Below are positions 37,985-50,559 of a DNA stretch of 64,000 nucleotides, one piece after another. A program made the translations under genes and the position numbers. Position 1 is the stretch's first letter; each line of letters begins with the position of its first letter. Origin of the DNA: Raillietiella orientalis (Eukaryota). The DNA is taken from positions 1,860,001 to 1,924,000 of the forward strand of contig JAYWIR010000009.1 of assembly GCA_036172245.1 (NCBI GenBank), written 5' to 3'. The notes under the pieces were generated by a model. The model saw only the letters and a program-made list of their open reading frames with translations. It searched no databases and had not been told where the DNA came from.

Positions 37985-39009
37985 CCCTAGAAGGAGGGTA
38001 ACGTGGCGTCACACGGCAACGAAAATGAGCTCTGCCACGGTCCGTGTTGCGAGCGTGCCGTTTTAGCCACCTGCCACGAGGTCTTCCGTGTTGCGGGCGT
38101 GCCGTTTTAGCCACCCACCTGCCACGAGGCCTTCCGTGTTGCGAGCGTGCCGTTTTAGCCACCCACCTGCCACGAGGCCTTCCGTGTTGCGGGCGTGCCG
38201 TTTTAGCCACCCACCTGCCACGAGGCCTTCCGTATTGCGGGCGTGCCGTTTTAGCCACCCACCTGCCACGAGGCCTTCCGTGTGCCTGCAACCGCAATGG
38301 CGTGCACATCGGGCGGTTTTGTTTCATTCCGTGCCCGATCGTGTCGTACACGGCACGTTACGTGTCCAAATGTGCACCCGTGGCTGCTCGTGTCCGAATT
38401 TCCACGCAAAATGAACGGGAAGGGTTGATTGGAAGGGGAAACGAATTGAGAAGAGTTGTCGCCTGATGGAGACGGAAATTCGGAAGCAGAGAGCGTACGA
38501 GACGCTGATGAAAGTGATGTGGACGGCCTTTGAGAGCTTTTTATGGAATGTTCGACGTTCGTTGCCTTGGAAATCCAAGTTATGCAGTCGTTTCCGGAAA
38601 AGTGTTTCTTTCCAATTGAGGATACGAGCTCGTAACACCCCACGTGGAGCGCTGGTTGCGATGCAAAAATTTGTCTCGTTCTGTGCGAGATGCGATGCTA
38701 TGCGTACGAAATAAAGATGTTCCTCAAGATGTTCCTCAAGGTGTTCCGCAGGAAGCTTTCTCCGTGCGTAAGCGCTGCGAAATGTGCCCACGTTCCAGTC
38801 AACCGGAAAGGAAGAGAAAAGCGTAGCTGTTGCAAACAGGCGGCCAACAGCTTTATGCTGCGAATGTGCAAAGAACTCATCAAACCATTTGTCAAGAGAA
38901 TTGTCGTTCATGGACAAAATGAAAAATTGTTAAATCTTTATAGAATGTCAATCGGTGTCCTTTATGGCACCACATTTGTGCACGGCATCGTCGCGTGGCC
39001 CTTCTAGGG
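37985..39009 (+). mobile_element. Non-autonomous (internally deleted) piggyBac element, 1025 bp
   Basis: Perfect 10-bp TIR CCCTAGAAGG (37985-37994)/CCTTCTAGGG (39000-39009), flanked by CTAA and TTCA (each one change from the TTAA target). A frameshifted cysteine-rich-domain remnant RKRCEMCPRS...MCKE/HQTICQENC lies at about 38767-38904. Confidence 0.8.
38032..38283. repeat. 48-bp minisatellite, about 5.3 copies, inside the piggyBac element
   Basis: Unit GCCGTTTTAGCCACCCACCTGCCACGAGGCCTTCCGTGTTGCG(A/G)GCGT repeated head-to-tail with few substitutions; the first full unit lacks 4 nt. Confidence 0.95.
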
Positions 39010-41923
39010 TTCAATTTGCTTGACAAACCTCAAATTCATAGTTCCATCTTTTGCTCATTGGGGCAAAAGACTGAGTCAGAGAGTGAAGGTGGTGAAAAGA
39101 GGATGGTGGTGGTGAAAGGTGGGTCGCAACTGATGGTATCACAGTTCTGCAACGGCATCTTAGCTGATTTGCAACGGAAGAGTTGAAGGAACGCGAGTGG
39201 AACGTTTTGTTTCCGACCAAGTAAACTGACTTGAGATAAAGATCAACTTTCTATGGCTCAAGTAATGTTGCCCTGTTTGCTAATGCCCAAGCAATGTCGG
39301 CTCATCAGAGTATGGCCTAAACTGCTTCCAGTTAAACAAGCGAAGTCACCTATCTTCTTGAAAAGGACTTCTTTAAATCGAATTCAAGATTTTCTAAACT
39401 TTTCATGGAGTTTCATTTGAATACATTCAGAATTCATTCCCACAGCGAATCGCCGTAAACAAAAACAGATATTCTCCGTGCGTTATCTTTTAGCAGTGCA
39501 CTCTTGAGCTTCGGGGCTCGGTGCAGCTGAGATGCATCATCATCCAACTGTGCGTTATTTTATACGCATCACTGATCAAATTGCCATATGCCATCCCCTG
39601 GATCCAAGGAAAACATCTATTCGTACACTCAAACTTCACAATAAATCAAACAAGCATTCCAAAGGGTGCATTATCAGTTACCTCCAGTTTTTTTTTTTTT
39701 TTTTCTGTGTGTGTGTGTGGTTCCTTCTCTTTTCCGTGAATCCGTTATGTTTTTCCATCACACTTGGTAGCTTTTGCAATTGGGCGAGTATAATTTACAC
39801 TTTCCAAATTCACACCTTGCAATTTCTGCCTCTGCTGCCTTCGAGGGAGCATTCAGGCAACACGGAAAATAGCACATGATGTCTGACATGCGCGTCTTAC
39901 GTTGGCCGGAAGCTGGAGAGAGGAGTGGTGGGAGCCCTTTCCTCGGACAGGGAAATTACGAGTTGCAGACCACAGTCAGGTGACGTCTTCTTGTTTCCGA
40001 CTTTTCTCCAATAGTGTATGCTCTTCAAAACATTGTACTCTCGTTGATGGTTCTCGATGGTCGCAGTGCGTTTCTGGTCCAAAGTCGCTTGCACTACTGT
40101 TCGCAGATGCCGGGGAACCGATTTCACGTCGATTGCGTGCGATTCATCGCGTGGGCAGATGGGATGCAACTCGGTCCTTGTCATCCGTATGGCATTCCGC
40201 TCGCAACACTAAATTCCGCCTTAGAGGATCCCCAGTCTTCAACTGAAACGGTCAGCTATGTGCGGCCACCAGGTGTGATGAATGAAACGGGTGCAATTAA
40301 GTCTGGATGAATGCAAGTGGCAGAGCTCGTGTCTCATGCCGTTTCCACACGGCAACAGAAATTCGTGACCTCAAGTGGATGGCAAAGCAGAAAGGTTCGA
40401 GACAGTTTTTGATGATTCTCGTTTTCGAATTGCTTAACAGATATTTGTTGCGAGCGCCATCACAGAGTAAACTCCTATTTCCTACTATCTTAACTTCCTT
40501 AAGTGATCCGAGTAGGTTCTTACAACTTATAGGTTCTCATAGGAGTTGCCTCAGCCAGCCTTAGCTTGGAAGAACGCCGCCCTACGAAAAAGGAAGCTAC
40601 ACATGTCTTTACTCATAGTAGGCAAGAATCCTGAAAACCGCTTTTCACTGTCGACTGCTACGGTCGTTAAGAGATTCCACTCAAAACAGAAGTGATCGTT
40701 GGCTCAGATGTCATTTTCTCCTTCTTTGCACTCACAGAAATCTGCAAAAGGAGCCTTCTTCCAGATGCTGAGGTGATTCAAAAGCATTTCGAAATTAGAT
40801 TTAAAAACAAAATGAAGCACAAAAAAATTCCGCAACCAAGTATTCAGGACCTCCAGGACACGACGCAAATGAAGATACAATCGAGTTCATTAGTTAGTGT
40901 GGCAGTATCAATGCATAAAAATTCACAAACAGAGTAATAAGAGTTTTAGCTTCTTTATAAAAAATTTTTTAGCCGTGCCCTTGTAAATACTTTCTTATTT
41001 ACTGGAGCAATTTTTCCTCACGATTGATCTTCCGTTGCTCAGAGTTATGAAAGCATTTCAGAAATCAATTTTCTATTGCTTTGCCTCGAGTGATACTGAG
41101 ATGTTGTTACGAAGACATTTATCACTGGTTCTTTTGGGGGATACGTGTTTTCGTATGTTTTGTTTTCCTTTATTTTTCGTGAATGTTCGTTCAAAAACAG
41201 AAGTTTTTATAGGATGCGGTAATCAATTCTTAGTCCAATTTTACTGCAGCATACGTCATTTTTGGTATGGATTCTGGCAGCAAGGGATACGGATGTGTCC
41301 CCTTTTTCGGGGTGTATTTGCACGGTCGATTCCATTACTCGCGTAGCAACTTTGGAATATATGATGTCAGCAAAGCTGGACAAATCCCATGAGAGAGAAA
41401 AATAAATGACCGAAAGGGACATTACATGAAACAACAAAGTTTTCCATAAAAACAGCAGTTCCAAAACATCAAATACAACACAACGCATATGCCTCATACA
41501 GAGTTGCCAATCGCAGCACCTTTTTAGCGGCTCGTTTTTGGTTCCACGAGCATCCACAAATTAACGCTGATCAAAGACATTTCAGGAATTGGAAGCACTC
41601 CGTTTCGGTGGAAAACGTTGCTGCTTTTGCTTTTGCTATGAAAGTACGTGGGAGAATCAAAACGTTGGGCATCCTGCTCACCGTGTAATAAGCAGATGTA
41701 AAAGTCTTTTACTTGTCTATCATAGTCGAGGTTTTCACTGAAGGCAAGAAACGACTGCGGTTGCCGTCATTCGTAGGTCATGTCATGTAAAAGTGGTCGG
41801 ATCGTGTATCTACGGTGCATCTTTATAAATCTGTAGAATTTTGTTGAAAGATTTTCAGAAATGGCTTGTTGTCATAAATTCTATGAGTAGATCTAATGGA
41901 AATCTGAAAGGGTTGAAACCGGC

Positions 41924-41960
41924 AGTTTAAGAACAAGACTATCTATCTTGTTCTTAAACT
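41924..41960. repeat. Perfect 15-bp inverted repeat with 7-nt spacer
   Basis: AGTTTAAGAACAAGA ctatcta TCTTGTTCTTAAACT. Confidence 0.9.
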
Positions 41961-42393
41961 AGACGTGTGGTTCCCTCCATATTTTCCTAAGATGTCGTAA
42001 TTAATAATTCGTGACTCGTTGATAAATAACATAACATAGTATATGAAGTGTATGCAGTGCATGCCATCGATGGCTTTAAGTTATAGTTACTAGCCAAATA
42101 ATTTTGATATTCCAAGTAATAGTCCAAGTAACTTTGATTCGCTATTTGGCAACTTCCTTTTTTGCCATCCTTATTGAGTTTCTTACATGGTTTTTCATGT
42201 TTGTGGTTTTTTTAATGTTTTTTAATGAATAGAGTTGCTATCGGTTCGTGGAATGGGTTTCCGTTCCATTAGAATGGAACGCAGCTGTGAAGTAGCTCTT
42301 GCACGTTCATTTCCCAGTACCATAGGAACAAAAGATAAGGCAAGGTTTTGTAGATTTCAGAATAAACGCGTTACGTCAAGACTCGTACTCGTC

Positions 42394-44250
42394 ATTCTCA
42401 TTAATGTATTAATTCGTGGGTGTTTCCATGTGGCATTGGCAGGTACGTGGGTTTGGATTATTTCCACATCCCCTCGTTAAGTGGTGATTTGCATTGGTGT
42501 TAAGCAAAATGTGTGAACTAACAAAAACAGCAATAAAAATAAGCAAAAAACCAACTTGTGACCACATAATCCTTCAACCAAACTTATTCTGCTATAAAAA
42601 CATCTGCAATGAAGTTGCTCCTGCAATGATTTTGCCCGTTTAGCAGGTATACGTAGGGAATTTATGGATATCTTTAAAATATTCCAGTGCAGGGAAATGA
42701 AAAAGAATCAATGTGCAGTAGCTGCACCTCATAAGCAGGGCGCCTTGTTTTGAGTCTATTTTCTCCAGAGAATGATATGGCCTATGTAAATGTTTCCACT
42801 CAAGGCAGGTGATTTGCAAAAAATAATGTACAGTTTTAGAAATTGCTAACTGGTTTGCTAGAGGACTTTTGTTTTTTTGTTGGTTTGCTTCTTTGGTCTA
42901 GATGAGGACTTCATTAAGTCTGTTGGGCATTGACATTGCTGTGGGGTTAACACATCACACGGCACAAAACAAGAGGTGCATTATTATGTAGCCGTTGATC
43001 ATTTCAGTGCTTTGTTCCTACTCACCTGTAACAAAGTGTGGGAGCAAGCACTGCTTTTAATCAAAAAAACGGTACTTTATTAAATTCACATGCTAGCATC
43101 ATTAGCAAGCATGCAATATAATATTCTGCAGGTCTTCAAATTATAAGAATAGTGCATGAAAAGAATATAAAACCAGAGCAAATTGTTTAAGTCAGTCTTA
43201 TGCTGACCTCTGAATTGTTTATAGTATTATTGTGCTGATGTGCTCACATAAGGGGAAACAGATAGTTGGCATCTGAAAGTTCAAATCATCATAGAAAGTA
43301 GTGAGAAAATAGGTTCTAGGTACTGACAAAACATGTTTGGGTGAATACTTTTCTTTGAGATTTCTTAGATGGTTGGATTCTACCTCTTATGAGGAATGAA
43401 CTTCCAAGATGTTGACTGGTTTAGGTATACTGCTGCTGCTAGTAGCATGAGCTAATTTCAATCCATAAAATGTCACAAATGTGCTGCAACTAATATTCAG
43501 GTAAAACAACATGGGGGTAGCAATAAACAATCAAGAGTTTCAAAAGACTGTCAGCGTTTGCATACTACCACCATCTATTCCCAGTAAAGCTGCAAAGCTT
43601 GCTTGTTTTTGTGGTCTATCTGTGAAATGGTAACTACATAAGGAATGTGCTGTGCTATATGTTATATTTGCATGCACGAATGTTGCTAAAGTCTTGTCAT
43701 TTCAAAGACTGCTGGTAGAACACAGCTCTGCTGTTAGTTTTTCTTCATAGTGGTACTGGCAGCTGCTTAGTGGCTTGTTTCTTTCCAAGCTTCTTTCTTT
43801 CCTACCTGCAATTCGCAAGTTAGACCTCATCCCACTGAGAGCTGCGTGCATTGTTCTGTGCCTAAAGTCGGACAAGTTCAAAAGCTTCCTGTTAGGCTTC
43901 CTTACATCACCTGTTACCCTCCAGCATTTTGACACTCTGGCTCAGAGGTGACACTGGAGAGCTGTGAGATGCTCCTGGAATGCATCTGTGGCTTCTCTGA
44001 ATCTCTAGGATACTACAGTGTTCTGTTTTCAGTCTGCATTCACTCATGTTTAGCTGCTACTGGACTATTGCTGTATTCGTGCACAATTGTCGCTCCCACA
44101 TATGTGGTTTTCCTACTGAAGCAAATGTTGACTAGACCTGTAATGCACCAAAGTGAAATGAAATGGACGTGGGTACGGCTAGGGTTGGTATTACCAAAAA
44201 TTTGACCCCACACCCTGAGATTCTGGAAATTCGCGGCAGAGAGAACTTGG
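42394..44250 (+). ncRNA. Candidate structured long non-coding RNA / small-RNA host gene
   Basis: TTACGTCA (42371-42378), Inr-like TCATTC (42392-42397) and donor CAG|GTACGT (42443). A strongly CpG-depleted block follows, with many hairpins using G-U pairs on the + strand and no credible ORF. Confidence 0.4.
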
Positions 44251-44599
44251 AGAACATTCAGCAAGATAGCGACATCCTGTACCGTACAATCGCCAGCTCC
44301 CTTTTATTTGCAACACAGATTTATCTTTGCGCGTATTTCTTCAGTGATGCTTTGTTCCAGAAATTATGTGAAGGAAAAGGGCTTCTGTTTATTGATCAAT
44401 AGAAAGCATAAAGAAATGCTATGAGATATCAAAACAACTTTAAACTCCTAGGAGGACAGCATTGGAGGACACCAATTCCGAGGACAGCGTTTTTTCCTTC
44501 TTGTGATGAGAATCAATCCGTAGTCATGCTTATGCGGCACAGGATATGCAATATAATGTCAACACCGGATGTGGACTCGTCATTATGAAGGAATGGATT

Positions 44600-45300
44600 T
44601 TTTCGGTGCTCATGGATAGTCGCGATCGAATCGCAAAATTCTTAAGTCCGTTTCATATGAGAGCAAAAAGAAAACTCGCTGAGGATTTTTGAAGGTGCGT
44701 TTCCACATCATTATCATTGTACCTTGTATACCGAAGATGTCAGACCTTTCCAGTTTCATGCTCCTTTGAACGTGTAGGTTCTGTTAAGTGGGCAAATGCT
44801 GGGAGGGTCAGAAACCATCTCCCGGTCGACCAGATTCCTTCTGCCGCAAAGAGATGGTTTTGTTGTCGAGCAACCTCTCAAAAACCGACGGGAGATTCGA
44901 TTTATCTGTGCTTTCTCCGATTGAGATGAGTCTCCATCCAGCTGCTTCAGTCGCTGGAGGAGAAGACTTAGGTATTGAGACAGTCTGCTTCCACTTTTCT
45001 ATATTCCTCATCTTCATGCCAATGTTCAAGATGGGAGTCGAGAACTCGGCGTCTGGGTCTACAGTTTTCCATCCCGCATCAGCCACACTGTTCCCTTACC
45101 ATTGCCAAAATCCTCATTCTTCATCCTGAGGACATCAAAAACTCAAAACAACCCAACAGCCAAAGTACCCGTAAACAAAGAGCATCAGCCAACGCCATCA
45201 TACTCAGACGAAGAGTTCTCTGTGTCTTAAGATTTCCGCCTTAAATGACGTGAAATCGATGGGGAAGGCGGGGCCTTCTTTTCCGATTCTTAGGCTCCCA
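44600..45300 (-). mobile_element. Degenerate non-LTR RT fragment (R2/NeSL-like)
   Basis: EKWKQTVSIPKSSPPATEAAGWRLISIG (~WK...VLIPK..P....WRPISI), followed by TDLRILRFD (~LD..AFD). May extend upstream toward about 48.4 kb. Confidence 0.55.
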
Positions 45301-48300
45301 CGGAGGAGCGGGCTTATCTGGTTCCAAAGTGTTAAAGAATGGCTCCTTGACGGCGGGACCGGAATGTGACTTCGAATCTCAGTGCATCCAAAAATAGTTC
45401 CGGTCACCTTTTCTGCAGCTGATCCGAATCTTTGAATTTCGGAGGTGTTCGTTGGATCCAACGCTTTGTATAGAGACACCTCTCGAGGTGGCTTACTGTT
45501 AAGGATGTCCCCTTATTTTTTCCATCAACCGGAACACTCGTGTCATAAATGTATGCCAACACGTCCACCCTCCACCATTTCTTGAAAACGAACCCTCTCG
45601 TTTGAAAATTCTGAAGATGCATGGTTTCTTTTTTATTCGTGTTGACCTGGACGGAGTTTGCTCGTTCGGAGAGCCCGCTTTGGCTATTGGCTCCGTTTGC
45701 GAATTAGCTGCTTTCATCGTTTCAACCGGATACTCCGTGGCGCGGTACAGATTATAGTGCGCGTCCTATAAAAAGGGCTTTCATCCTTCATCCCCTTTTT
45801 CTGGGAAAACACGAGGCATAACATCAGCACAGTTTCCCTCCTGCTGACTCGATTCCAGGAACGTCTGCGGAACCCTCTCTTAATTCTACTGTTGTTTCAA
45901 AGGAGTCACTGTGCGGGCGTGCGCTAAGATACCCCAAGCGGCAGAACTCGGGGCTCCCTTGCCTTCCCGATAAGGTGCTTCAGGAATCTCTTCTGGATTC
46001 TCATCTTCTCTAAGAATATTCGAGACTACCTGCTCGGTTTCTGTACAACTGCCCTCGGAACCGCTGGTCGTTGCCGAGTCCGTCGCAGTCAACTTCGTCA
46101 TTACTTCTTATGAATGCGTTGAGATCATCGTAAATCTTCATGGAGCCAGGTTATTTCGGGTCGAGGAGCATCCTGTTTTTTAATATTTGTATGAATCCAC
46201 GCCGTTCCCGGCTATCCTTTGTCAGATCGATGACGACGGTCTTGTACATGTGGACCGCGTGGGATTTTCTGCATGCAGCGTGTCAGCGTAGGTGTGGTAC
46301 AGCGGCTGGCAATGTGACGAACTATGCAGCGTTACTTTTTCAATGGCCCGTGTAAATGTACGATTTCTATTTAAGGGCTCACCCAGTTTGCAGGTTCCAG
46401 CATATCTATCTAGTGAGGCTTTTTTGAGCACGGAAGACAACCTTAAGAAACGTTTCGCACAAAATTTATGGGGGTGAAAATCTCAAAATTAGTCATCAAG
46501 GTAAAAATTACGGACCTTGAGTTCCCGGGTATTCCGGTTATGTCTGCTTCAAGAACTTCAGCTCAAAGCTTCCTTCGTTACTGAAGAAGGGGGAAAACTC
46601 CCTGTCTTTTATGCAAGCACAGAGGAAGCAATCAGTTGCAGCAAGAAAACGTAATAGCCATCACATTGCCTACTTATTGCCCAGATAAAGTCTCATCGGC
46701 ATCGACTTCCTTTTGTGAGAATGGTCAAATGATGAAAGTGCGATCTAAGAGTGTTGCAAGTCATTTCGAAATTTTGGAACCAATGTGAAGTTCATTTCGT
46801 CGAACCACGAGATGCTCATGTCCAAGGTTTTCCTGGCTACAGGAAGGCGTGACTCATTTTTCTTCATGCCCAAACCGTGATCTGTATGACTGGCCGATTT
46901 CGAAGCATGAATACAATGGTGCACCTTTTCGGCATCGGTTTCACCATTTCTTCCGAGCATTTTTTTTTTTTTTTTTGCGTCAAGTGCCGAGGCAGACAAA
47001 TGGAAACTGGAAACGCTGTTTCCCATAGACAGTGACGGCTGATCCCTGAAAGTTTCACGGAAATTAGACCGTGAAATTTTGTGGGAGGAGATTCGAAAAA
47101 ATCTCAGCCTTTCACGAAACTTTCCTAAATAGGTGACTCGTTCGGACTTTAAAATATGGGCAAAACGAAGGTACAGAAACGCCACTGCTTACTCCTGCGT
47201 GCCTGATCTGCAACGGCTTCCATTCTCGGCATCTCCCATGTCCTTACGTGCGTTGTATTGGATTTATGGAATCATTGAACGTAAACAGCAAAAAAGGACA
47301 TAGCTCTGCTTCCTAGTGCTCGATGCTTCGTGTTTCTTGCAATGCTACGTGTTCCCCTTTGGATCGGCTTCATTTGGTTAGCCCCAAGAATTCTTTTTCA
47401 AAGCATGCCTTGTCTCCTATGGTCTACTCCTGTCCGAAATCCTTGTTTTCGAAACACAAACACAGGCAAGGGCAGATTCTAGGTTCTACATGCAGCTGTC
47501 ATGTTGGCTATTCTTCAATACTTTCCAGATAAGAAACCAGAGATATCGCCATATCGGGATTCCAAGTGACTTTTCAGGATTCCTTGTTTTCTTACTCTGT
47601 TTTTTTGTTGAAAGTCTGAATCGATAGGTTCACATATTAATGGCCTTTTGGATATGTCCTCTTCCAACGCCACCCACTGTCCCCATCCATGGAGAAATGA
47701 GACGAGCCACTGTGGGGCCATCCCATGGTGGCAAGGCAATGGGTCAATCGGTTGTAATCGACCATGTCAAACACTGCTGTCAGATCTAATGATCAGTTCA
47801 TCGGATGCACATCCTCGGAAGAGACTCGAAAATCAGAAGACACATGTTCCGATAAAGCAAGAATGAGAACAAGATGCTAGGAAACGAAATCACTGGTCCC
47901 ATGCCCCCTATGAATGAGGGTCCCGCCGTTAGATTTTCAATGTATTTAAAATGCCTTGAACTAGCTTCTCTGTGCCGTTACTCCTCGCCGCTGGAACCCT
48001 GAAAAATGCAACTAGCGTTTTCGGCTGTTTTCGAATCAGCTGGAACGGAGAAGCACCCGGGTCTTTCAGAAGGCTGTCGTGGGTCGCAGCGTGAAGACTG
48101 CACAGACCGCAAAAGGTTGCCTTTTCAGTGCCATGACGGAGCACCGGGGAGACGGAATACTTTCGTACTCGAATTCTTGTAGAGTGTTGGAAGTGGTCTT
48201 CCAGGATCGTTAACCCGAGTTTTCGTCGTGTGGGGCAGCAACGTTGAGGGAGACTGCCGTGAGCGGTTCGCTTCCAAGCACCGGGACCGGACCAAGGACT

Positions 48301-48975
48301 GCTGCTGTAACAGCCAAATAGACGAGGCGAGACCCCTATTTGCGTTTCCTTTTCCTCGATTCGTGAAAGCCAAATCATGGAGAAATTGCTTTTAAAAGCA
48401 CTCTTATCGCTAATTGTGCACATAGGTTAGCATCATAATGGCTGCGCTTGGTTCAGTAAACCTGGTTCGACTTTGCCGCTTGTTCACCAATTTACTAGCC
48501 ATATCAAAAGGCGCACAAATCCTTTGAAACTCTGGCGTCATGAACTGAGCTCTGCCCAGCTTTGAATACTGAAAAAATAGGCTCACCACTTTCTGTACCA
48601 CCTGTTTACTGCTGTTAAAAGCATGGAAGTCAGCAAATAAAAATACTCCTTTCATGAAATATTCTATCTATAAAACAAGTCATCCTGGCGTTTTGGAAAC
48701 ATTTACAACCTTGGTTTGGATTTCATATTGGGCACCACATCCATGCCTGGATATCAACCTCACAGTCCAGGACATTAACAAAAAAGCTACAGATGAAGGG
48801 AAGCAACTCATTCATTTTATGTTTATTTTGTTGCATCTGAGAAAACGGTGCACAAGGCATGAAAATTTCCGGAATCCTATTGATCCTATTGATGCTTCCA
48901 TTTTGGATCACTGTTCACCATCAAGAAAATCAGTATTTCTTGACTAGAAGTATTGTATTGTGTGCTGCTATGATT

Positions 48976-50182
48976 TCAAGAATTTTCTTGAAGGTTCCTT
49001 ACAAGTGTCTGTGCATGTGTGAGCTCTGAAAGGAACACAGAAGTTTAAATGAACTTGTTCTTGGTGAGATACCAGTGTTCACCTTTCAGAAGAAATCCGA
49101 GTTGGGTGGATGAAAGTTGAAATGAAATGGGCACACTTTCTTTCTGAATGACATCAAACGTCTGCAAGTACAGTGACAGATTAAACTCATTTCTAGATTC
49201 TCTAAGGTCCGAATCAATGATGGCATCCGATTTCCAATACACTTTCTCCAAGTAATTTACTACATGCATATCAGTACAAATATGAGGTCTTCCCAATTGA
49301 TTCCAACTTACACTTAAGCTTGTTTTTTTCAAGAACAGCAGCAATTCTATCATGGAAATCTTTGTACACAGTACAAAGGGCAGTTCCATGTTCTTTGGGA
49401 AATCCTAACTGCTGTAACTCATTATTGAGGATCTCTGCTTTAACATTATATTTGACTGATGAGTTGAGAATAAAAATGATCACAGAGATTATGATATGAA
49501 GCTCTGAAACTTCTGAAAAGTTCCCACATAATCCGAACCATCCATATACATGAGAAGAAAAAAACCTACGGATTTCCCATTCTGATGCCAACTGATTCAA
49601 TTTTTGTTCCTTTTAATGTGCCACAAAAGTAAACATTGTAAACATATTTTCTTACCAGCACAAAGACGTCCTCTTCGATAATTAACTTAGCTGCATATTG
49701 ACTGATTAATTTCATCTTCGTGAAGGTCTAAAAGCAGAGCAAAGTTTTTGATTTTGATGACTTTTACAATTGGAAAAATTTCTGCAGACCTACACAAGAA
49801 ATACCAAACAGCAACTCAACACAGAAACCTACTCACCAAATAAGAAACAAGTGCAGTCTTGGCCAAAATCCATTCAGGACACTCCAATTCACCACAGAAA
49901 TAAAATCTCTGAAATGTAATGCACATTCAACGTTGATGTTATGTGCACTCACTTTCACTAACTGTAAAAAAAAACTCTTACAAACACTGGGTTCCTAATT
50001 AACAGCGTTTAATCAGCATCCACATAAGCGATAGACTATTGTCATCAAGTGAAATTATTTCTCCCATAATCACGAGTTACTGCCGGAAAAATTAACTTCA
50101 TAAGGGCGCAAACTTTTCGACATCGCACCGCATTCAGGGTTTCGACTTTGGACATTTTCATCCCAAAACCTAAACATACCAT
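48976..50182 (-). CDS. COMMD4: COMM domain-containing protein 4 (about 204 aa); exons 50182-50180 (ATG only, putative), 49908-49837, 49727-49656, 49609-49570, 49512-49312, 49259-49083, 49025-48976
   Basis: GT-AG splicing gives (M)RFYFCGELECPEWILAK...FILNSSVKYNVKAEILNNELQQLGFPKEH...VYWKSD...FLLKELTHAQTL, matching COMMD4 (MRFRFCGDLDCPDWVLAE; ELQQLGLPKEH; ELKQAQTL). The start exon ATG|GTATGT is inferred and less certain. Confidence 0.92.
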
Positions 50183-50559
50183 TGCAGGAAAGGATGTACT
50201 TTTCTTCTTTTCCCTCGGAGGAACGGTGGAGAAACAAAAACATGAACGACCAAAGCAAGCTCCTCTTCGGCTACTTCATGGGGAGCCGCTCACCTGCCAC
50301 TGCTTGGTCTTTGGTTCCCCCGACGGAAGACTCCGAGTTTCTTGTACAGCCGCACAGAAGGTCGTCGCGAAAATCTCGCTCAGCGGTCAGAGCTGCCATG
50401 CCAACTTTTGAAATAAAAGTTAAGTTGGAATTCGAAAATACAATATCCGCCTGCTGCAAAGACCATGAACTCTGTGGTGGCAACGATGCAATCAGAATCA
50501 TCCTCGGTGCTTCAGCTTCGTATTTTGGCATCTAACCAAGCTTGAGAGATTACCAATGG

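Larger units (their letters stand above)
36300..40600 (+). mobile_element. Degenerate RLE-type non-LTR element interrupted by the piggyBac insertion
   Basis: Weak ordered motifs on the plus strand: N-terminal FVCKQKHFHSRS (zinc-finger-like), CFNEVL, AFG, and after 39900 RRCRG, ARN, RDL, VFE, VGS. Very degenerate. Confidence 0.3.

Noticed and set aside
38032..38283. CRISPR-like array
   Set aside because: The units are contiguous with no unique spacers, the context is eukaryotic and there are no cas genes; it is a minisatellite.
42428..42700. Spliced mini-ORF MWHWQ-VYVGNL resembling RRM RNP2
   Set aside because: It stops after 17 codons of the second exon, with no RNP1 or continuing exon.
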